Source of the DNA: Takakia lepidozioides
Lineage: Eukaryota; Plantae; Bryophyta
Length of the DNA: 64,000 bases
Direction of reading: 5' to 3'
NCBI GenBank assembly: GCA_030704615.1
Contig: CM060734.1
Location: 45,322,001-45,386,000 of the forward strand
The notes beneath the pieces were generated by a model. The model made no database searches and had not been told where the DNA came from. It worked only from the letters and a program-made list of their open reading frames with translations. Positions 36,660 through 55,799 of this stretch are shown here, one piece after another. Position numbers and translations under genes: made by a program. Each line of letters starts with the position of its first letter. Within the stretch, counting starts at the first letter, position 1.

Positions 36660-39160
36660 ACCCGATGAGGACCTTCAATCGGATCGCGATACTTTCATAA
36701 AGGCGTTCGCTCGTAGCCCGCATCTTGCAGCAGCCGGCCCATCTGGATTGGTATGAACATCTCAGTGGCTGTCTCAATCCACATGACTCTGCTAGTGATT
36801 TTTCCCAGCTGTTCCAAGTTTGTTCTTCCATTGCGACTATTCGTATACCTACCCCCGTTGCATGTATGCTTGAAGCAACACGGCTCTTGGCCATATCCAA
36901 GACTGCTGGTGGGATTTGGTCTATAGCAGTCGGGGAGGTTCTATATCATTTGGTGAGCCGTTCTATTTGCATCCAGTTTCGGGAGGTCTTTTCTGCTTAC
37001 TTCTCTCCCCATCAATTTGGGGTCGCTACCCCAGGAGGTTGTGAAGCAGTGGTGCCTGGGATTCGTGCTTCCCTCGACCTTCATCCAGATTGGATCGTCC
37101 TTCAGGCGGATGTCGCCAACGCTTTCAACACGGTTTCCAGATCAGCAGCAATATTTCCGGAATTGCGATCAGCCGGCGGCGCATGCCATCAACTCATTCC
37201 TTTCTTGAGATTGTTTTCACATTGTTTTATGCTTTTTCCACCTTTTTTTTTTATAGTCATCATACCCGTACTAGAGAGCTTACAGTTATTCAGTCAGAAG
37301 TAGGTATACGTCAAGGCAAGCCATTAGGGGGACCTCTTTTTGCCTTTGCACACTTCCGAGCTCTTCACTCTTCTGCCCAAGCCTTCCAATCCTGCATATT
37401 TCGTTCCATTGCTGATGATACACACATCACTGGCCCTCCTAGTGATATCCTCTTGGTTTTCCATTACTTTGCTGACCAACTCCACTCTCTAGGGCTCACT
37501 GTTCAACCCCGCAAAGTCCACAGTTTGGTCACCCTTTGGTCTGCCCTCAGATGTTGTGCCCCCTACCGACTTTCTAGCACCATCTTAAGGTATTTGAGCT
37601 GTGTTAGGCGTTCATCTTGACACTATCCCTTACACAATATCTTTCCTTCAAGCTGATGCATTGCTACAGGATACTAGCCATATAAAGTTTCTTCCCAAAC
37701 TAAGGGATATATAGGTAGCCCATGGCATTCTCGCCAAATGTTGTCTACACCGACATTTTTATCTCTTTATACGTTGTTTCCCCCCAAATCCCCAGTTTTG
37801 GGAGCTTTTGTCTTCTTTCGATACGATTGTTATGGGGATATTTGGTCGTCTATTAGGCCCGGGTGCATTTGATAGTGATGAGGATTCCTTGGCATATCGT
37901 CAAGCTACCCTCCCGATCTCTTATGGGGGGAGTGGGCTTATTATCCACAGTGGCAACCGCCCCCTGCTACCTTCCTGGGTAGCTGAGCTCTAGTTGCTCC
38001 AACCTTGACATCTCGGTTTTTGTGTCAGCAACGCCCTATCATCATGGATGTGGTTGCCCACATCGATAATGGCTCTTTGCCCTTCCAACAACATCTTCAT
38101 GCAACATGGGACTTCCTCCCGATATCAGCACAAGCTTGTCTGCCACCTTTCGAACAATTGGTGACTCAAGGCCTGGAGCACTTACAGGATACCATCATGG
38201 AACGCATGCACCAATACTCCTTTTCCAGCATACTTTCGATGCTCCTTCAGATACACATCGAGCCAGACTTCTCTCTTGTGTAGGGCCCGGCGCAGGCGCC
38301 TGGCTCACGGTACGACCAGCCATAGCACCATTCCGTATGTCCTCAGCAATATTTAACACCTCCCTTCGGGTTAGACTTGATCTTCTGCATCCCTCTGTGT
38401 TAGAACTACAGCGGTGTATTTGTCGCCACCATATCGACCCATTTGGTGTCCACCTTCTTCGTTGCCATTGCGACGGAGAACGCACTGCAACTCATGACGT
38501 CGTCCGCGATGTAGCTGTGGTTGCTCGTGATGCGGAGTTCATGTCCTTCTAGAGCAGATGCACGTACTTCCAGCCCACGATCATCGTTCCACACGACGAC
38601 ACTTTGACCTTGTCATCTCTCACGACGGGCTGCGTACATTGGTGGACGTGGTCATCACTGATCCTACTAGGGCAGATCTCCTTCCACGCACAGCCTTATC
38701 ACATGGAGTTGTTGCTTCAGTAGCCGCACAGGGGAAGGAGCGCGATTATCGAGCACGTCACCCCACAGACACATTCCTCTCTTTGGCGGTCGAGATCTTC
38801 GGTTGCAGTTTGCATCATCAATTCAACGATTTCCTTCGTACATGTGCCCATCACGTAGCTGAAAACAAAACCCTTGGAAGCCCATACGTCTCTATTCTTA
38901 CAGTTTTCTTTAGACAACAAGTCTCTATTGCTTTTACAAAAGGCTCAAGCTCTATCCATTTTTCATCGGGCAGAGGTTTCCTAGACAACTTCATAAAGCT
39001 AGATTCTTTCTTGTTGTCTGACCTTCTTTAGGCAATAGGTGATACTACAACAGTTTGACTTCTGTTTATCATTATATCTAGCTCTATGAGATTTTGCTTA
39101 TCCTCTTTGGGATAGTTTTACCCATTTTGTACAGTCATCCCACTTGGGTCTTTTTATAAA
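36660..39160 (+). mobile_element. CRE-like non-LTR retrotransposon (RT, CCHC and restriction-like endonuclease), frameshifted
   Basis: SIAVGEVLYHLV, QFGV, LQADVANAFNTVSR, GIRQGKPLGGPLF, IADD, CICRHHID..HLLRC..HDVVRD, RHFDLVI..LVDVVITDP, KERDY, LAVEIFG, FRQQVSIA. Confidence 0.85.
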
Positions 39161-41699
39161 GCTATACAGGGAGTTCATTTGAATTACAGTCACCTTAAGG
39201 ACTACATAGATGGGGATGCCCAACAAAACCCCAAATGTAATGTCTAGTGAAAACCACGTTGTTTATATATATACATGGAAACAATAGTATTAATATAAAC
39301 ATTCTAAACCTTCTATTTAAAACACAAGTAAGCAAGCATAGTGCCGAGGAGTTTAGACGTTTAGCTATTTTTGAATCTTTCAAAAACAAAAACAAAAAAA
39401 CTTTCATTTATTTAGAATTATGGCTGTAAATGACGTGATAGCTGTGAAGTACGCGGTAGCCGGAAGGAGGGGGGTGGTGTACTTGAAAGATAGCTCAAGG
39501 TTTTCTTTTTAGGATATGAGTGTTGTGGCAATGTGCGGCCGCACTGACCAAGCGCAGTGATGATTGTCCAAGGGGTATAGGGCTCAACCTCGACTAGCCG
39601 CAAGGCCAAGTGGCTCTTAGTTATACCGGCCTCGGCCGGAGTCTTCTCTCTCTCCCAAGGGCAACTTTCCACCCATGAGCCAAACTGAGAGGTTCATATT
39701 TTTCCCGTTTATGAATGGTAAGGGAGAGGAGTGGTCTTATCGGCAAAGTATATCTAATGTTTATAAATGTATAGATAGACCAGCTATTGGTGCTCTTGTA
39801 CCCTACAAACGCACCGGTTCCCTATATCCGCTAATGGTTTTTCTTCAGTTTTCAAAACATGGGTCTTTTTGCATTGCTAGCAAACTCTTTATCGCCAAGT
39901 AAAACATGTGAATCCTATGACCGGGGTTAAAATTTATACACTTCCTCAAGGACCGTTGGGTGTGCCCACGTGAGCATACTCACATGATACCAATCCCCAA
40001 AGCATAAGGGAGGGTACCTGTCTTTTGGGATTGTCGGCCACACCCCTAAAGAGCGGAACGTCATTGGGAAGGAACTTTCCACAACAAAAAAATATATTCA
40101 GTGAGGCATGTGCAGGCCGGGGTTGATTCCGGGAAATAATGTGCACCAGACGGGAAAAAAAACAAGGATAACGCCTCCCCAAGGAAGCGTAAATTATGGT
40201 GTCTCTTTGTCCCCCGGGGGCTAGTAAACACCCACCAAACATTGATAGCGCACGTTGTTCATTACGTGGCCCGCCCTGCCCAAGCCGGTACCCACTGTCC
40301 CCTCCGGATGGATGTGGACGTGGATTCCATCCATTCCACGTCTGCGGATGTACAGCATCCGTCATCCGTCGGCGTGGAGTGCGGGGTAGGGCAGCGTCAT
40401 CCATCCACGCCAGCCTATCCCCACCTGCTCTTCCGTTCCCATCCGATTATCCATACGACAAGGTTCCTCTTCAGTCAATCTCCTTTTTTTACTCTATTAC
40501 GAGGTGAATATATATGTGCCACCAGTAACAATACTGCTATAGAAAAGTAGACCTTTCATTTTTATTTTTAAAAGGAAAAAAATTCTACAAAGGACAATTT
40601 CGAATAATTTGGCGGTCATTTCCAGGTAGAAGTACATATATTGTTTTTAAAAAAAACATGGGAGCAACAATGTACAATTCGAGCCGTTTACAGAAGAGGA
40701 GAAGACAAATTAAGTCTCTTTCATATGTCATAGAAGCATAGAGGAGACACCATCCCCAAACCCACGAACCCGTGCACGGTAGCCGGATTTGTGCCGGCCC
40801 TCAACCCCACTATCCAACTATTTGTATTTAAGAATGAAAATAAAAGGGGACGGAGGCTGGAGCCCTCACTTATTAGCATTACAAAAGAGAACTAACCAAA
40901 AAAAAAAAAAAAAAAAAAAAAAACAGAGAGAGAGAGAAGCGCTAGCCTGGGTAAGTTAATGGCTCCTCCTTGTGAACGGTGACATTTACAATCGTAGCTT
41001 CCCGATCGTGGCTCTCTTTACCGGCCGACCCTTGGGCTTCACAGCGCATGTGATCCATGCTCTACGCAAATAAATATCTTGTATACATAGAGGCCCCCCC
41101 TCAAAAGGCGTCATTTACGCTTCCTTTGCGTACATGTATGCTGGCCGTTACTCATTTTTAGTCATCTCTCTCTAGTCATGCGTTTTTAAAATGGACAGGT
41201 ATAGTCTTACAACTCCTATTTTATGCGATTTGAGATTCCCCATCACGGAACCTTGAAAATCCTGGACTCTACCTAAGAGCACACACAAAATGGGAGTGTG
41301 GAGACACCGGATTTTGACGGTTATGCTCCTTCCCAATTTGGACGGTCGCTGGTGTTTTACACTGCGGAAACCAGCTCATATTTTCTCCCGCATCATTTTC
41401 ATTTGCCGAAGTTGTCTTGGAACATTGACTTGTAACAAACTTGTCCATCTCGGGCCAAGGGCAAATAAACCCATACCCAACACTCCCAGTTGTAATTCAC
41501 GAAAATGCGTCATTGTGCACATTAACGCCCTCAAAATTGAAAACTCATGGACTCAATTGGAATACTCAACCATTCTTCTCTTTTTTCAAAACAAGCGGAT
41601 GGAGGTCCTTTACTGAAATTAGGACAGGGAGTCCTGGGTGTTCCCATTGCTAGTAAGTATCTCTTTTGACTCTGTCACGGTCTCCATCCACTTTTGCAA

Positions 41700-41866
41700 A
41701 AGAGAAAGTAAAGATTCTTTAACCGTCCAGTGAATGTACAGAGCCTACTCTGCTCAACACACAGGACATCGAGGGCCCAATGGACGGTCTGAAGGAACAT
41801 GTTGAAGGATCGAACCCAAGATCATACATGATAGGTACTTTACACCCGACCACTGGGCTACCTGCT
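41700..41866 (-). mobile_element. tRNA-derived SINE head
   Basis: A-box TAGCCCAGTGG (41860-41850) and B-box GGGTTCGATCC (41817-41807). There is no complete cloverleaf, and the 3' boundary is uncertain. Confidence 0.5.
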
Positions 41867-42694
41867 CAAGATCTAGACAATGGGAAAGAGAGTAGATAAA
41901 AAGGGAGATCCAAGGATAAGCTAAAGTGTGATGGCAAACATTCCAGAAGGTAACAACATAGGGGGGGGGGTCCACCGACACAACCAACGGTCCGATTACT
42001 CTGCAACTGCTGCTGTCAACGTCACAACAGTTTTAACCCTGCCTTGCTCCCTTTCATCCATTCGTCAACCGAATCCGTGCCTGACATGAACTTTTTGGCC
42101 GTGGGTCCTTCCCTCCCCACCGACCCTATAGTAACTTAAAAGCATGTAAAGCAATGCCTGAAAATTTGGTATGTAGAAATGGGGGCGTAGTATCATTTTG
42201 GCGTGTGGCGGTCGGTGGATAGCCAGTGCCCGCTCTAAGTTAGTTTGGGGGTTGGTAACTTGAATGTGAGCACGTGAGTGCATCCAAATGGAGGCGTGAG
42301 CACAAAAAACAGCAATACGGTACCCATGCTTGCCCGCGACTAGGGTCTCTTTTTTAATTTAACTTTGGTTAATTTATTTGAATTATTGAAGGGAAAAAAA
42401 TTAAAACCCTTGATGCCTGTGGGCTGCCATAAGGCTTTGTACCGTATATATTTTACAAATTGGTAGTCTGCCAAAAGAATAGGGAAACCAAAGTCACAAA
42501 TACCAACACCATCCAAAACACACAATTAATCTCAAATAATTAATTCAATAATTTTTTTATTTTTTATTTTTTGAAGGAAACCTGGGAGCGACTGCTCACA
42601 ATTCAGGCCTTTGAGGAGTTAATGTAGTAAAGTACACTGTGACAGCAGTCGCCAGGAAAATAAATCGAGAGTCTAGACTTTCCAGTATTGTAAC

Positions 42695-42980
42695 CAGTGT
42701 TTTTTTTTTCACTTTTCCAAAATCGCTGGCAGGGCGACATGTAGATTCTACCCAACGCCCATGTGGCGAGAATAACGAGGTGACAGAGCTGGAAAAGAGG
42801 CTATATTACAGATGTCATACTTTGACAGGGCCACGTAGGAAAAATCTGGCTCCTGGTATTTATCCTTTGGCGCTTTCTGGCGATTTTCTTGATTTTTAAT
42901 CCCAGAATTCCTTAGTAAGAGTCGCTGACCCATTTTCCAGGTCGAAATCTGGCGATTATTCGCCAGACAAAAAAACACTG
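42695..42980. mobile_element. hAT-type MITE
   Basis: TIRs CAGTGTTTTTTT / AAAAAAACACTG, an 8-bp TSD ATTGTAAC/ACTGTAAC and repeated TGGCGA subterminal motifs. Confidence 0.8.
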
Positions 42981-44409
42981 ACTGTAACTTACTACTGTCA
43001 GATGACAACCTCACTTGATGTCAGGTTGATTTATTTCACTAACAAAAATTTACAGGATTGATTGTTAAGGTAGGTCATTATCCAACAATTTCGTGGGCAA
43101 AACAAAATGAGCGGCGATTACTTTGGCATATTAGGGGCTATCACCATCACACGATAGAAAATACAATAGTTACTCACTAGGCATGGTTTAAGGAATTGGG
43201 CCTTATAGAAAATTCCCTAAGCTCCAACTGTGTGACTTGTCCTCACCCGAGCAACCGTTTCGAAAAGTTTTGTAAGTATTTCATACGGTGTGAGGTTTTG
43301 CATCTTCTAAAAGGATTTCTTGTAAGTAATTTTCGATATAAGTTATCCTCTTACGCTTGCGTAAGCACGCCCACTAAAGCGTGACATGCTACCCACCCAA
43401 CATGTGTAGTTTTAGGATTGAGGGCCCCACGAGGGCGCTAACTCTTACAATCCCTAACTTAGGTTGTACATTCATTGGCTGGAGTCTGACCTATGCAGTA
43501 CCTCCCTACAGGTAATATTTTCATGGTTCAGGAATGACCTGATTGATGTTAGTTAGCCTACTTACCCCTCTAAACAAAGCACTGTGATGAAACTGTAAAG
43601 ACAAAGGGTCAGGTGACCAAGTCTGTCACCTGGGGTTTCACTATATGGTTCACCACATACTATATACCCTCCTGCAAGTGCCTAGCGAAGAAAAATTACC
43701 AGAATATGAGCCCTCACAATGGTATACAAGTTACAGTCCCACGAGATGCAGGTGTCCGCCAGTTATAGGCATCACAATCTCTAAGTTACATTACGTCACT
43801 TACTGACACTCACTCACGCTTCTCCCCACCCTCACACACCCCGGATGGGCCCCAGCAGCCTGCAGTAGCACTGCAAGCCAAGCAGAAGATGCAGATGAAG
43901 ATGCAGCAAGTGGGTAACTTAACTTAAGTTAGTAGGGGTCCATTGGTGGGGAGGTGGTTGCTCACCTTCTTGACTGCGTGGAGGCAGTCAGACGGCAGCA
44001 GTGTGGCTGCATAGAGTTTTTAAAACTTGGACAGGGACCGACACATTTGCTAGCTGTGCCGCTTTAGTAGGTTATGATGTTGGTACAAGTCAAAATGGAT
44101 AGGAAGGAGAGTGTGTGAAGATTGATGAGGGGTGGAATTGGTTGACCAGTTGCACAGACTGGGCCCCCGTGTAGGAAGACTGGGTTGATTGTCTGAAGTG
44201 CGGTTGGATAACCATGAGGGTCAGCTTGCCTTCGTGTCTTCCTTGCCTTCTCTCTGTCGCTACTTAATTGTCATGGGTTGTGGACAACTTCAATCGACCT
44301 GACCTGCTTCGTAACGGAATCTGTCTCTAGCAACTACCGACCACTGCTCCAGTGTGTGAGAGAGAGGAGAGAGGTCGGGGGAGAAGGGGGGGAACGGGAG
44401 AGCGGCAGA

Positions 44410-51819
<7,410 letters not shown>

Positions 51820-54156
51820 TGCCGTTCAGCTGCCTTTCCTTGAAAGATGTTGTATGCTTGCCAACCTGAGGAAAACTTATCCCTCTGCCTCTGTTCCATA
51901 GGCTCTCAGGCCCACTGTAGATTCAACAAATATACTTTCCTTTCATAAGCTCTTGAGCTTTCGGACCTTACAAAGTACCATTTCATTTCATTTCCCAATA
52001 CAGTTGGAGTGTTGATCCTAAAGTCTACAAACACAATGAGGATGCTAAGTAGTATATTAACACTTAATTTGCTCCAACCAAATTCTTTTAAGTGGCAACC
52101 CTAAGCCAACCTGATGTAGTTCCTCACTGTGGTGGTTTAGTAACCTGCAGGATGTATCCACTAAGTATAAGCTCTGCAGCTAACAATCAATGAGTACACA
52201 CACACACACACTCTCTCTCCATATCCACAGGAGGCATTTGGTCTTCATGCAACACGTCAGCCTTGAGTAGTTCTTTGGTTTCTGGGGTTCTACTGTTTGT
52301 TTATTTCTCAATCTCTCTCTCTCTCTCTCTCTCCCCCATTCCTGGGCGCTGTGCTTTGAGTTGTATGTTCTCTCTAAATAGTGGATGTTTAAATTCATCT
52401 TTCTTTCACTGAACTACCATTCTTGGGTGGAACTCTTACCTCTGACAGTACTGATCATGTGCCTCTATCATCAGGTCACGACTTCAAACTCCGGAAGAGG
52501 AGAGCAGAACTGCATCTGGATGTGTAAATTATGTTGACCCTGTACTAATGCCAGGAGTGAAACCCACCACCACACTTCCCACTTCTCTTTTGTGGGACTT
52601 TTCCATGATGGCCTGTACGTAAGTATTTGACCATCCACGGCCATGGAAATGTTTGCCATTCATTTATTTTCTTCTGATCAATTGAGATCCTACAAGAATT
52701 GGACTTGATTGTATGAGAATTAGTGGAATTCTATAGCTGAAACATTCATCTGTGCATGTGTTATACACAAGATTGCAGTATGACCAAAAGACTGTTCTGT
52801 GAGAACAATGTACATGATATGAAATCCAAGATTTATTGAAAGGAGGTACTCTTTTGAAGCATTTTTTTGGTTGACAGCTGTTCCTCCTGGACTCTGGAAT
52901 TACTTCACTGGAGTCTCTCCCTGGCAGGGAGAGATGTGCACAGGACTGATTCCCTGCCAAGCAGAACCGTCCGGAAACAAATTGCAGCCTATGGGAAATT
53001 GAAGAAATAATAAACTGTACTTGTCTTGTATACAAAATGAGAACACAGGTATCGGTGGCAGAAATGTGGATGCAAGCTACTATTAGCTTGGTTAACCCCA
53101 AGGTGTCCATTTTCCTTTCCCAGTTTGTTGGTCCTACCTATAGTCCTTCGACCTCAAATCATAGGTTGCCAAAGGGAACGTTGTTAATATTGTGGATGCA
53201 AGGTGTTAATATTATGAATGCAAGGTGGGTGCAAAGGAGCAACACCAGAACTCCCCACCACATTTTTAGAAGAACATCCCTTTTGGCAAATTAAACTGAC
53301 TGATCTATCCACCAGCTATGGCAAGACAAAGCCATCAAAAACTGATTGTAATTGAAAGAACTGGCTTCGCAGGCCAGGAAGAGAAAGCTCGGTAAGGCTA
53401 ATGTAAGATCATAGCCAATATAGTGTTCCCTGTACTTGCATGACAATGACAGCATTACAGAGAGATTATACAGCTTCAGGACATTTAAGTTAGCTAAACC
53501 CATTGTAAAAGGAGACTCCCAGTAGAAATGATCTGATCATCCCATGTGTAAGAGCAGCTTAGCTAAGTGCAATAAGAGAACGTACTTGTACTTGGCAATG
53601 TTTGGCAAAGGTAACAGGTCCTGGTCACAAGCTATGGTTGTAGTCAATAACAAGGGCCCACTGCCAGTGGGCTGCAGAGGACCATTTCCCTGTGGAATCC
53701 AAAACGCTGTTTGAGCTGCATCTTTGAGCTTTCCACTCTGCTCAATGGGCCCATTGTTTCCAGTTACTCACAACTGCAAACAAAATAGCACGGGGAAAAA
53801 CGTCTCTAGTTGGCTAAACTTTCCTCCTCTTGGCAGCAAGAGCTTCTCTGGGACGCTCTTCCTCTATATCTCGCTCTCGATTTTTGTACACCTCTGCCAA
53901 CAATGCCAACAAGTGAGAAAACTACAACAATGGCAAAAATTCAGCACAATATACTTGTCCCAGATTCCAAACCCTTAAGACTGTCGATGATAATTTGGAA
54001 GGATACAAGACAGGCAAATGGCAATGTATGCTTCTCTGGCCCTTGCAAATGCCCCTGCACTGCTATTTCGAAACAAATCTGTCTTCATTTGAGCTCAGAT
54101 CTTTTAAGCATACATTGCCATGAAATCTAAAGCTTCCATCCATTGCACTGAAGCTC

Positions 54157-55350
54157 TCAACTCTCACACTCACCTGAAGATGGTGCACAGATCTTCTTGC
54201 GTTTGAGCCGTTTTACAACCCCATCGTACAGTGCCATCACTACATCAGGACACTTTCTTGAGAAAGTGTAATAGCCATCCAGTGAGGACACATCATCTAT
54301 CTCTCTTGCAGCGTAATCAAGCACACCTTCTTTGACAACCTCAGAATTGTTTGTCCAACCGACAACATAGGTTATTAACACTTCATTTGGGGTGAGGGAT
54401 CTCAGGATCTGTTCCTCACAAATTGCTTTCAATGCTTTCACCCCATACTTGTCTGCAACTTGCAAGAGCTCAACTGAGTGGCTTTCCAATGTGGGGTCAG
54501 TCACAGAGGCTGTGTAGAAGAAGAGCACAAATGCCTCCAGAGTTGCGTAACTCATGTCCATCTTCACCATTCTTGAACCTGTTTCCTCAGTTGTATTGCT
54601 GAACATGGCCTTGAATGCTTCTGACTGGCCTACCTAGACCACCTCCAACAATCGAAGGTGTAAGAATTAAAACTAGAAGAAATGAGGATTATGATCTCCC
54701 CGTAGAATGCATTAGTGGAGAATAAATGTAGATAGTCAGTACGCAAGGACTCTTGAGTCGAATCTATAGGCTTGTACAGTGATTATATGGTGGCCCTCTT
54801 AAGATTGAATCTTTAAAGTCATGCTTGACACCAGGTTTTTGGTTTGAGGCGGAAAGCATAGAGAATGTCTATCACCTCAAAAATTGCCTGGACTCCAAGG
54901 TGACATTGAATGGCTGACCCTTAGCCTACCAGCTGGATTCACTCGGGAGTTGTACAAATGCCTGTAATGAGATCGATTGTCTAAGCCAATTACCATCCTT
55001 GACGGTTTAGAACTACTCACCAAAACAGCTTTGTGCGCATAGGCCTTCCGCCCATCCCTTGCTTGAAATACTATGTCCGTGTGTGGTGGTGGTAGCATGT
55101 GAGGGTCCTGACCACATTGTATCTCCTTGCCCTGCAGCTTCCGCTCTATATCTGTGACCAAATCCTTGGTCTTCTCTAGCTCGTCAACCAGAGCACGGTG
55201 TTTCTCATACGCATCTCTGCAATGTGCGTTTTGTTTACAAGAATCGCAACATACGATTTCTTTGTATGTAGTTGGCCCAGAACCTTCACAGACAACTTCT
55301 CGATCCTCACAAAATGTACAGATTTCCCGCCTACTTGCTTGCAGAACCAT
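54157..55350 (-). CDS. BTB/POZ domain protein with N-terminal Cys-rich/coiled-coil segment (~268 aa); exons 55350-55021, 54633-54157
   Basis: HTDIVFQARDGRKAYAHKAVL|VGQSEAFKAMF..MDMSYATLEAFVLFFYT..LLQVADKYGVKALKAICE, with a phase-0 GT-AG intron. Confidence 0.9.
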
Positions 55351-55799
55351 AGCCTGGTCAGCAGTGCCTGAGGACTAGAGGTTAAGACAATTTTCAGTAC
55401 AAGTGAGATGCAAACCCCAGCCTTTGATAAGAGCAACCTAACGACTAAACCTAAATGTTGCCTTGCTAAGTAAGAGATCTATAAACCAAAAAGATCCTTT
55501 AGCCAGGGAGACAATAACAAGGAAGGTTACTTCTGGAAGTTTGCCAGTCTTGTTTTCTGAGAGCTTCTGTTTTGGCCATTGGAGGGTATTAAACCTCTTT
55601 TGTTGGTTTGTTAACTAGGTTGGATGAGGTGGTTTAATTAGATTATAATTATAAGACGGTGGTTTAATAACTAGGTTGGTTGAGGTGGTTAGTACTAAAA
55701 GCTTGAGCTTCATGTTTTCCAAGGGCTTAGGTTGTCTTTGGAGGACTTAAGAGGTTCAAAGTATGACTTCAAAATAGGCATACTATTAGAGGAAAGGAT

